Notes: a model not told the origin generated them from the letters alone. A stretch of 64,000 nucleotides of DNA from Nitrososphaeria archaeon (GCA_963752255.1 CAVVXT010000003.1:113076-177075), one strand, 5' to 3'; numbered from the stretch's first letter, positions 53,838-63,000 are shown. Translations and numbers: made by a program.

Positions 53838-54070
53838 GAAACTTTTGAAACGTTATGCGATTGAAAAGTTCCGTCAAAACTTAGTGTTGTGTAAATTACT
53901 AAATTCCGTAATTTAATTTTGTAAGTGTTGGGTAAATACTGTTTATCATACATCACCAAAGATTGTAGTTGTTTTATTATCCAGGCTTTCGTTTCTTGGT
54001 TCATTAAAAGAGTAGGTAGAATCTGTTTCTCGAAATGATTTAGTTTTTGTTTGATCCTATATCTCATCAC
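53768..54070 (-). CDS. Small ORF (DYxxxxRYRIKxKL motif) reading antisense through the att copy
   Basis: ORF track; basic-helix motif resembles the Int(N) YLRHQIKKK segment. Confidence 0.4.
   Translation of the reverse strand: MMRYRIKQKLNHFEKQILPTLLMNQETKAWIIKQLQSLVMYDKQYLPNTYKIKLRNLVIYTTLSFDGTFQSHNVSKVSRRWGGDLNPCRSALQETFVISP
53791..53837 (+). repeat. att site: 47-bp exact copy of the tRNA-Cys 3' half, inverted relative to the tRNA
   Basis: CCTGCAGAGCGGATCTACAGGGGTTCAAATCCCCTCCCCACCTCCTT equals the reverse complement of 55817-55863. Confidence 0.97.
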
Positions 54071-54093
54071 TGTCTCATAATCTTTTGATGACT

Positions 54094-54825
54094 TTAGGAT
54101 TTATCTTGTAGAATCTTGTTTCTTTCATCTTCATCTTTTAATTGAGTGATTTTAACATTTATGAAATTATATATTTTTTTCATTCTTTTATGTCCTAATT
54201 CTTCTTTGAATATTTCTGAAAAAACCATCAAAGTAAGTAATGGATAACTAGAAATAGGATCATATTTTTTTGAGTCAAAAAATGGTCCTAATTCAAAAGT
54301 AATAAGTGGATACTTAGACTCAATCCTATCTATGAATGAAATAATGGCCTTGGGTTCAGAGTGAACGAACTCACTTAATTGGTGATAAATAATATTAAAA
54401 TCTGTCTTTTCAATTTTTAAGAGTTTGCCGATATAGTTAATTAGTCTACTCTTTGGAACTTTAATATTCTTTCCTTTAATCCAATTTTCACACTCCTTAT
54501 CATTAAGATTGAAGTATGCACAAAGTCCAATGCTTTCAAGAAGACCTCTTAGAAGTATTGATTCGTCATAATAGAAACCCCTTAAATTCAAAACTCTAAT
54601 AGATTGTAGTGTTTGGATAATTCTTGGCATGATTATTAAGATAGAATCTTTTGTGCTTGAAAATCCATGCCTTTTTTTGCTTAAATTTACAACGTAAAAA
54701 AATTCTTTAATTAGTTCATTGAAAGAACTTTCATAAATTTCGAAGTACATTTTAAATTCATTCAGCGTCTTTTTTTCGATTTCTTCTTCATCATCAAGAA
54801 AATCCTTGATAATCGATTTTTTCAT
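54094..54825 (-). CDS. DUF5677/HEPN-like all-helical protein
   Basis: LRGLLE and YHQLSEFVH motifs. Confidence 0.7.
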   Translation of the reverse strand: MKKSIIKDFLDDEEEIEKKTLNEFKMYFEIYESSFNELIKEFFYVVNLSKKRHGFSSTKDSILIIMPRIIQTLQSIRVLNLRGFYYDESILLRGLLESIGLCAYFNLNDKECENWIKGKNIKVPKSRLINYIGKLLKIEKTDFNIIYHQLSEFVHSEPKAIISFIDRIESKYPLITFELGPFFDSKKYDPISSYPLLTLMVFSEIFKEELGHKRMKKIYNFINVKITQLKDEDERNKILQDKS

Positions 54826-54891
54826 TATTATCTTCTCCCATCTTCTTAGTTAATCTAAATATATCAATTAATATTATCAAACTAGCCAACA

Positions 54892-55863
54892 CTAAAAAAG
54901 AACTTTTAATCCTGCTTTCTCATATATTTCTCTCAATCTTTCTGAACTGTAATCTGAATAATGTCTTGCTAACACAGATTTTGGTGTTCTACCGCAGAAT
55001 GCGTCCACGTAACGATCAGGAATATTTAGTCTTCCCATTTCAGAGCAGAACCATTCTCTAAGTGTTTGTGGTGTTATTTTTATTCCAGATCTATTTGATG
55101 CTTTCATAAAAGTTAATTATATGTTAGCTAAATTGAAAGGAATTAGTTTTTCATCACCGTCATTTCTTGACATTAAATATTCTTTTAGAATTTTATATGT
55201 TTCTTGGTTGAAGAATGAAATCCATGATTTCTTAGTGTTCCCTTTATGGTTTCTTGGTATTATCATTTTTCTCTCAAGATCCACATCTTCTTTTGTTAGA
55301 CTTTGTAATTCCCCTATTCTTAAACCACTTGAAGCCAACAATAAGAAGATGGTTCTCTGTTTCAGGTTTGGTAAATAGTCATAGAATGTGTTAAGTTCTT
55401 TTTTTGATGGAATTGTCTTAGGTTCATAGTTTATGTTTGGTAGTTTGAAACTTGAAATAACTTCAGATTTACGAAGATAATCCCTAAAGAACCTTCTTAA
55501 TGCAGATACTATATTCTTGTACGTCCAAGGTTCATCTTTGAATTTAATAAGATATTCTCTAATATCATTATCATCAATTGAATAAGGATCTTTTTTTACA
55601 CATTGTAGAAACCTTTTAACTTCTATGACATGATGTCTCTTAACTGTATTGCAACTAAGTTGTAGATCGACAAGACAGAACCTTTCAAATTTAGATAGAA
55701 GGTTAGCAAAATCACTAACTGGGTTAGGAACTACCCTAACCATTATAGAACAAGGATAATTATTAGAAACTGCCAATTTTCCATGAATGCTTTGAGACGA
55801 AGTTTCAAAGGATTCTAAGGAGGTGGGGAGGGGATTTGAACCCCTGTAGATCCGCTCTGCAGG
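54892..55863 (-). pseudogene. Int(C): tyrosine recombinase catalytic fragment, open through the tRNA 3' half, with an in-frame TAA at 55117-55119
   Basis: SSGLRIGE, TKK, TPQTLREWF and CGRTPKSVLARHY motifs; both ORF-track pieces share one frame. Confidence 0.88.
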
Positions 55864-55892
55864 CGGATTCGTAACGTCTCCGACACCCCACC
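55821..55892 (-). tRNA. tRNA-Cys(GCA), intronless, CCA not encoded
   Basis: GGTGGGG/CCCCACC acceptor stem, TCG/CGA D-stem, TCCGC-CTGCAGA-GCGGA anticodon arm, AGGGG-TTCAAAT-CCCCT T-arm, U73 discriminator. Confidence 0.93.
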
Positions 55893-55914
55893 ATCATTTA
55901 AATCCTACAAATAG

Positions 55915-55941
55915 ATAGTTAACTGTTATTTTTTGATTATT
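55915..55941 (-). repeat. Motif C copy just upstream of tRNA-Cys
   Basis: Reverse complement is AATAATCAAAAAATAACAGTTAACTAT. Confidence 0.75.
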
Positions 55942-56357
55942 TATTTTTATTGAGCCTCTTTAATGTGTTTAAATCATAACCTTTTAATCGTTTTCTTTAT
56001 TGCTTTATCAAATATCTTACCTGCTCTTTTAATTAAGGTGGGAAATCCTGTTAAAATAACTAAGCTAAAGCAGACAAGCGGTTTAAACCCTCTTTAAACC
56101 CTTAACCTGCACTATTTTACAGTTAACACCCTGGTGCCGAGGCCTTAAACTGGTTCAGGTAATACCAACAATCAAGCAGGCTTAGCTATTTGGATCAGTT
56201 ATATTTTGCGATATTGATCTATAACCGTGATGGGTTAAGTCAAATTGTTTAAATATATAACGTAATGGAAATTGGTTCATTTAAGATTTATTAATTCAAA
56301 TAGAATTCCCAAAGTAGAATATTTAGGGTTATTTATCTTCACATTGACATTAGTTTT

Positions 56358-57211
56358 CTACCATTTGCCTTCTTCAAAGTACTTCGGATAATTTACCATA
56401 GACTTGGAAAGGAGATATGCTCCTCTATCCCAAGGTATCTTTTTTGCCTTTTCAATTCTATCTAAAGGCAGAAAGAATGGCCTCCTTTTTTCTTTGTAAG
56501 CATCTTCTAGATTATCATGTTTGTCGAAGTCGATCACAAAAGTAGCTATTCTTTGATTTTGGATAGGATCTTCTGTCATATTCTTGCCAATGAGATCAAA
56601 ATATACTGCTACACAACCTATCTCATTCTGCTTTAGAAAGTCGATGATATGATCAAAATCAGTAAAGGCAGTTGATTAACTTTAGTGGATCCAAACCCAA
56701 ACTGTAAAGGTATACTGTATGTTTGCACTTCATGTGGAAACAGCAGAGTAGTGTCACGTTCTTCATTGACTAATTCGCATGCAACGTCTGTCGGATAGAC
56801 CTTCTTTCCACCATAAATAAGGTCTATATCTGTCTCAAGCTCATATTGATCATAGATTTGTCTCTTTGCTTCGATCGCTTGTTTAGCTTCAGAAGCTGAC
56901 AACCGATTTCTGCTTTGAGAATCACTATAAAATGTGCGCTTCGAAGGAACGTAACTGGTTCCTATGGCAAGACTTGATGCTGGTCCAATGCCCAAGTTCT
57001 CAACTGTAATCATAAGTGCGTTCTTTTCGAAAGAAAAGGATCGGATAAGTGGAATTGGGTCTTGTTGGGAACGAAGAATCATTGTCTGCCTGATTAACAT
57101 GTCAACTTGACGTTTATTTTGTCCAATAGACATGTACGAAACAACCGCTGTAGCCATTGTTGCTATCGCAACCAGCAAAGTTGCTAGCAATTCAAGATCT
57201 ATCATGAACAA
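56358..57211 (-). CDS. N-terminally membrane-anchored hypothetical protein (frameshifted)
   Basis: Two co-oriented ORFs; TM helix plus a VENLG.GPA beta domain. Confidence 0.6.
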
Positions 57212-57261
57212 AAACTTTCCATCGCAGACTCATAAGCATGTCGGTAATTTATTTTAAGAGA

Positions 57262-60200
57262 TTACTTTGAGATAAAGCCGTCGAGATCGTTTGTCAGACT
57301 CCCAGTTTCCGAAATTAATTCTCTGACAATTTTATCTATCTTCAACAATTCTTCCGTAATCTCGACCTTTATCAGCTGCCTAATCTTTCCGACACCAGAA
57401 TACTTGGATTCCATGCCTATTACTAGTTTCTCGGATTTGACCTGAGCCTGCTTTGCAAGGCTAATCAATTCCACGTGTTTCTTATTCTTTGGGTCATATT
57501 TCGGCAGAGGGAGTTCAAAGACCTTCTTGTGTATGTCCCGCTCACCCCATTGACCTCGGCTCTGCATCGGCTTTATCAAAGAGTCAACTATTGGAGCATT
57601 TAGCATGGCTGAAATGAATAAGGCTTCATCGTAATCGTTTATGTCAAAACGATAGGCTTTAGCGTCCGCAATAATTCCTGACGTCTTGATTTGGGAAGAA
57701 TCAATTTTGATAGTTGATGGCCCATTCTTCAAGACGCAGGAAACCAGATAGGTTCCAGACGTGTTGTAGAGGACTTTATATTTCGCTCTTGAGCTTTGTG
57801 AAGTCAAGCCTCTCTGGTAGTCGAGACGTTCGTAGACGTCTAACTTCCTAGCTTTCTCTCCTCTTTTTTCTTTCCAGATCCTTTCAGCATCAGTCAACCA
57901 GCCATTGAGCCCAGAATACCCTTTCCTCTGCGCCTCATCAGCCTTGATAATGCGATAAGTACTGCCACTTGATTCTATCGGAAGAACTGCAGTAGGAAGG
58001 GTTGTTGTACAGAACGGAGCTAATTCAGAGCCAGTAACAATTTGGTAAAGAAACTCTGACTCGACTTCACCCTCTATAAGTACATCTTCGTACCCCTCCT
58101 TAGCTCTGTCTATGGCACGCTGTGATGTTTTCAGTCTTGGCTTACTTGGGTCAAGTCCTAACCTAGGATGAGCAACCGGTTCAACGAACCAGATGGACCT
58201 AGGAACAATTGTTGCCCCTTGTGTGAAATTCCCGTAGTATGGGCTGCGTTGTCCTTTCCCAATTGTTTTTAGTACTTTCTCAAATTCTTGACTTTCGAGA
58301 AAGGATCTTTGTCCAATTTCGTAATATTGGAATTTCTTTTTTGTCTGCTTGAGCGACTTGATTGCCTCTGCAAGTTTAGAATTCTTTTTTGAAAGAGTCC
58401 CTTCGAAAACAATTGTATCAACAGGATACCTATTCGTTCCCTTCTGTGCAGTAATTACGCAACAAGGTATACGAAAGAGGGGTGCCACATCTTCGAGATC
58501 CATTAACTCGATTATCCTCAATTTTGGACTGAACAACCCTTTTCTGAAGTTATGATGCTGATCGCTGACAAACAGGCTTCTTGGCATAACAAACGAAATG
58601 GTGCCGTCGTTTGCCAGATACAAGTCTGACGCTCGCGCAAGGAACAGGGTAGCAAGATCCATCTGTGTGATAAGCTCAGCTCTTTCTGATCCAAGCAGTT
58701 TATACTGTTCTAGAATAGCCTTTTTCAAAAACACTTGATAGTCTGTACTTTCAACGTACCTGTAAGAGAGCCAGGGAGGGTTACCGATTACAACATCGAA
58801 CTTCTGGTCCCGTAAGAAAAGAGGTTTGTACAGGTTTTTGAGAATGAATGCCCAGACCGTGTCCTTCTTTTCTTTGATAAGTTTGGCCATTGTCTGCGCT
58901 GTCTCAAACAGCACTTTGGAGTCGTTCATAACGATTTTGTTTTCGGAAGGAAGTTGAATTCCCTGTGACAGCAGGTTTTCGAAATCTTCCAGTTCCGCTT
59001 TTTCAATGTTAGCAACTGTCCTTGCATATTCCTTCACTACTTGAACCACTCTGTCCGTTAGTGTTGGATCTTCCGCGATATCAAGGGGTAATCTAAGAAT
59101 TTTCTTCTCTGCTTTGATTTTAAAGGTCTTAATGTCAGAGTATATTTCGACATCAAGTTCAGGTAGGCGAATCGAATCAGCCAAGTACACGGGCACGGAT
59201 ACGGGCCCACGTCTTGCAGAGAGGAGATCAGTTCCAAGTGCAGCTAAGAAGTTCGTTCTTGATAATATGACTGCTAGCGGATGAACATCGACACCTTTTA
59301 TGGAATTTAGCAGAAGCTCCAGTTGCTCACGAGGCTTCTTCTTTTTCAGCAGTTGTTTCTTTATACGAATGCTTGCAGCCAGAAATGTTCCGGAACCGCA
59401 AGCAGGATCGAGGACAGTCTTGCTAGGATCGTCTCCAATCGCCTTTTCGACCATAAGTTCAGCCAGCCAGTCAGGGGTGTAATATTCTCCTATATCATGT
59501 CTGGCCTGTGGATCGACAAGCTCTTGGTAGAGAGATTTCAGAATATCTTCGTCTATTGTTGTCAAGTCATAGAAAGCCAGTCTCTCAAGAAGCACAGTCG
59601 CTGCTTTTATGCCTGATTCAGATCTCGCAACCCATGAGAAAAAATCTTCCTCAAGGAAGTTGTGTACGTTCCATTTTTCGAAAACCTTTCCTTCCAGAAT
59701 TTCTACGATTTGCTCAGGCGATACAGGCAGAGCTCCCCCCGAGAACGAGGAATAAGCGAGCAGCTTGGCGAGTGTTGCCAAATACGTGTGTCGAATGAAC
59801 AAATCTTCGCTGTCAACGCTCGACCCGTAGACGATTCTGAGGAAGCCTGCCCATTGCTCATACAGGACATCTTCCTTGTTATTCCTCCAAGCTTCTTTAA
59901 GAAAAGCTTCCGCGTCGTTGAACGCGGGTTTATTTAGGCCGAATTCACCAGAAAACGCTTCAGCGGTCGCTGGCCTCAGCGCTTCAGTAAGCATATACCT
60001 GTCAAGCCAAACGAACGCAGGTCCTGGTTTGGTTTGCGTCAGGTCTATTCTGTCGATCTGATCCAAGAAAACATCATCTGGAGCAACCTCTCCTTCATCA
60101 ACAGCCGTTCTAGGCCTGTAACTCACAAATTTGATGCCGTCAGTCGCAATGACGACGTAAGGCACACGATGTTCCCCTTGTTGAGTCCAGAGAATCGATA

Positions 60201-60507
60201 TGTAACGTCGTAATTCGGATTCTGCCTCATCCAGACTTTTTCTGTCAAGTACCCTTTTGAATTCGATGATCAGATTTCCAAGGAAAGCATCGATGCGACC
60301 TTTGACAACAAGCGTTTTAGCTTTGGCAGTAATATGCTTCTCCAAAATCGGAAACAGCTTTTCAAGGTAATCTGCATCGATCTGCTTGAACACTCCACGT
60401 GAAAATTCAAGGAACAAGAATGCTTTGCTCGCCTCTGAATTTGCTTGCTGCACATCTACCAAATATTCCTCAAGCCACTTCTGAAAGCTGGATGGAGCAT
60501 TCGACAT
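57262..60507 (-). CDS. Type IIG-like fused restriction endonuclease/N6-adenine methyltransferase
   Basis: N-terminal GRIDA...IIEFK PD-(D/E)xK motif; GEYYTP, DPACGSGTF (motif I), NPPW (motif IV); long C-terminal specificity region. Confidence 0.88.
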   Translation of the reverse strand: MSNAPSSFQKWLEEYLVDVQQANSEASKAFLFLEFSRGVFKQIDADYLEKLFPILEKHITAKAKTLVVKGRIDAFLGNLIIEFKRVLDRKSLDEAESELRRYISILWTQQGEHRVPYVVIATDGIKFVSYRPRTAVDEGEVAPDDVFLDQIDRIDLTQTKPGPAFVWLDRYMLTEALRPATAEAFSGEFGLNKPAFNDAEAFLKEAWRNNKEDVLYEQWAGFLRIVYGSSVDSEDLFIRHTYLATLAKLLAYSSFSGGALPVSPEQIVEILEGKVFEKWNVHNFLEEDFFSWVARSESGIKAATVLLERLAFYDLTTIDEDILKSLYQELVDPQARHDIGEYYTPDWLAELMVEKAIGDDPSKTVLDPACGSGTFLAASIRIKKQLLKKKKPREQLELLLNSIKGVDVHPLAVILSRTNFLAALGTDLLSARRGPVSVPVYLADSIRLPELDVEIYSDIKTFKIKAEKKILRLPLDIAEDPTLTDRVVQVVKEYARTVANIEKAELEDFENLLSQGIQLPSENKIVMNDSKVLFETAQTMAKLIKEKKDTVWAFILKNLYKPLFLRDQKFDVVIGNPPWLSYRYVESTDYQVFLKKAILEQYKLLGSERAELITQMDLATLFLARASDLYLANDGTISFVMPRSLFVSDQHHNFRKGLFSPKLRIIELMDLEDVAPLFRIPCCVITAQKGTNRYPVDTIVFEGTLSKKNSKLAEAIKSLKQTKKKFQYYEIGQRSFLESQEFEKVLKTIGKGQRSPYYGNFTQGATIVPRSIWFVEPVAHPRLGLDPSKPRLKTSQRAIDRAKEGYEDVLIEGEVESEFLYQIVTGSELAPFCTTTLPTAVLPIESSGSTYRIIKADEAQRKGYSGLNGWLTDAERIWKEKRGEKARKLDVYERLDYQRGLTSQSSRAKYKVLYNTSGTYLVSCVLKNGPSTIKIDSSQIKTSGIIADAKAYRFDINDYDEALFISAMLNAPIVDSLIKPMQSRGQWGERDIHKKVFELPLPKYDPKNKKHVELISLAKQAQVKSEKLVIGMESKYSGVGKIRQLIKVEITEELLKIDKIVRELISETGSLTNDLDGFISK

Positions 60508-61121
60508 GCTTTCTACTTAATAGAATTTAGGTAATAAGCCTATATAGAGTTTGCAGCCTCCCTACCTGTTCATCATCGTGACAGGTCTTTACCAAATTGG
60601 TAAACACTAAAAATTTCCCCTAACGACAAGCTGGGAAAGGCATCCACCTAATATAAAATAAACTTTACCGATTTTGTTAAGGTTTCCTTTACCTATCTTG
60701 TTAAGGAAAAAATGCTGAACAGACGTTGATAAATTCTGTTCAGGCAGAATTTTTTTAACAAAATTAGCGCTAACAGTCTGCTGACTTGCTCGGACAGATG
60801 CCCCTGTGTTCAAACGATTATCATCTTGCTCTCATGCAGAGCGCATTTAAGTTGAACAGAATAAAAGAGTTAGTGCTAACTTTTTTTCCGAAAAATCAGT
60901 TGAGCAGAACATAATTGCGCCTAACCGCTCCCTTGATTAACCTTAACGGAATCGGTAAAGGCTCTTTAAAAGTGAAACTACTGCGACCATAGAAAGAGCA
61001 AAGAACAAATTACCAGAGGAACAAAAAATAGAAAAATCAGAAGTTAAGGAGGAAAAGAAAATGCAAAAAAAGTCTAATGAAGTAAAACAGGACCGGGAAT
61101 ATGGCAATATAGGTGAATGAA

Positions 61122-61492
61122 GTGAGCGATAAAAAACCTGTCGGCAACCCGCCGACAGAAAAAAAGATGAAAAATTAACAGAAAAGCAGAAAGAACATGA
61201 TAAATTTATACAAGAGCTACGTCAATCAGCCCATAAGCTCGGGTATCTCCATCCTGTTGTAAAGACGCGTTATGGGGTACTCATGTGTAATTCACGAATT
61301 GAAGCTGATCCCAACTGGACGGTTAAGGAGGTTGACGTTGACAGCCAGTACGATCATTACAAATTAGAGGCGGGCGACAACTTCCGTGAAGAAAAGGACG
61401 ACACGTGGTGGACAGATATTTTAACAAAAGCAGCCAAGGAACTTCTGGAAGGAGGTACTCCAAAAGGGAAGATAGCCCGAATACGATCTTAG
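61122..61492 (+). pseudogene. ParB/Srx-like N-terminal domain gene (frameshift near 61160)
   Basis: ELRQSAHKLGYLHPVVKTRYGVLMCNSRIEADPNW; GTG start after GGTGA. Confidence 0.55.
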
Positions 61493-61507
61493 CTAAGGTG
61501 AAAATTA

Positions 61508-61693
61508 ATGAGTAAAAATAGCCAAAACCCAGATGACACGAAAGAAGAAAATTCTGCTCCAACTGGTGGGAGCAGAAATGAAGATAAAATAGCAGCAAAA
61601 AAAGCAGAGAATGATAAAAAATTACAAAAACATATAGATGAATTGCGTGAATCTTACAAGAAAATTAAATCACTCCATCTCGTCAAAAATTGA
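61508..61693 (+). pseudogene. Truncated paralog of the ParB-like N-terminus
   Basis: KHIDELRESYKKIKSLH, then stop. Confidence 0.55.
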
Positions 61694-61980
61694 AACACAA
61701 TTCTAAGAATGACTTGAGCAAACGATCTGCATTAACTCTATTTTTTCTTAGAATCATTATCGTTTTACCTTTGAGCTGGACCGAATCATTTCCCGATTCT
61801 TTTTTTCGACTACGGAATATTCCTTGTCTAATATGATGGCCTTGCTCATTTTACTCCCTCTAAGGCCTCGAATACGCTATCGGTGAAATCATCCACGTTA
61901 CTCTTATACTGTTTTAAATTGACCAAGATCTGACCTCTGTCCTAACCTTATGCCTCACTTCTCTCTGAAGTGCCCATCCT

Positions 61981-62280
61981 TCAAAGATTTTTTTTGCTGC
62001 TCCGAAGATAAGAGAGTAGGCCGTTTATGAAGTCTATTGTCCTCTGCTTTTCTATGTCGGGAAGCAGCGTTTGAATTGTCTCATAGATGGGGGATTTGTC
62101 TCGACCGATTTCTTCTTCCTCCTTCTTCCATTCCACGATCTTCTGCGATATGGTGAGGAGCTTCTGATACATTCCTTCGGTTTTCGTTTTCTTGTCTATC
62201 AGTTCTCGATAGATAAGAAGGAGGGCAAGGTAATAGGTTTCAATGGAATCAATAATGTGAAGCAGATCGTAGGCAAGTTA
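61981..62280 (-). pseudogene. Internal fragment of a helical hypothetical gene
   Basis: Start-less open frame LAYDLLHIIDSIETYY...YLRSSKKNL. Confidence 0.35.
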
Positions 62281-62477
62281 GAATGGAGTGCTCCGATTTT
62301 CTTGTAAGATTCGCGTAGTTCCGCTATGTGTTTTTCTTTTTTATCATTATTTTCTTTTTTGTCATCCTTTTTTGTTGATTCTTTACCTTTATTTTCTGTT
62401 GCAACTGTTGCAACAGACTTTTCTGCTTTTGTTTCATTTGTGTTTTGGCTATTTTTGCTATTGTTTTTTTCGCTCAT
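62199..62477 (-). pseudogene. Truncated paralog of the ParB-like N-terminus (inverted copy)
   Basis: MSEKNNSKNSQN...KHIAELRESYKKIGALH, then unrelated sequence. Confidence 0.55.
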
Positions 62478-62967
62478 TTCATCACCCGAGATCGTATCCG
62501 GTCTTTGGATGCAGCACATCCTTTCCCTTTTCTTCCTTAACTTCTAAGGTAGCTGAGGATGGGGTTTCAGCTGTAAGATCTTTTGATTGGTTCGAAGTTA
62601 ATACTACTGTTTCTGAATTTACTGTTACTGGTTTCGCAGGCGGCGGAGGCGGAGGTGTTACAGGAACCGCTGGAGCGCTCGGCGGTCCAGCCTCTTTAGA
62701 TAGATTACCTTACAAAGAAGTTGAATCAGCTCTATGCAAGGATAGGGGAGGTTTTCCTGGAGGGCCTAAAGAGGACGACAGCACATGAAGCAGCCAAGAT
62801 CATAAGCAGACACCTCAAGGAGGAATACGTAGCGGTTCCGGCCTACGTTGAAATAGACAAAAAACATCAGGGGATACACTTTCGAGAAGAAGAAGGAAAT
62901 CACCTAAGTACCTCCTTGGCTCTCCTCATCACTCCCCTTAACTTTACCCTAAACCTATAAATTCTTC

Positions 62968-62984
62968 TGATATCAAGCTTGATA
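62968..62984. repeat. Motif A: TGATATCAAGCTTGATA
   Basis: Directly visible. Confidence 0.8.
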
Positions 62985-63000
62985 ACGGTCATAAAGTAAA

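Larger units (their letters stand above)
53791..55863. mobile_element. Candidate invertible or inverted integrase cassette bounded by inverted tRNA-derived att sites
   Basis: Inverted 47-bp repeats flanking Int(C), a DUF5677-like gene and a small ORF. Confidence 0.7.

Noticed and set aside
51657-55119. Genome-wide stop-codon recoding
   Set aside because: The two in-frame stops differ (TAG and TAA), and both codons terminate normal genes in this window
55100-55125. Frameshift in the integrase
   Set aside because: Both ORF pieces are in the same frame; the lesion is an in-frame TAA
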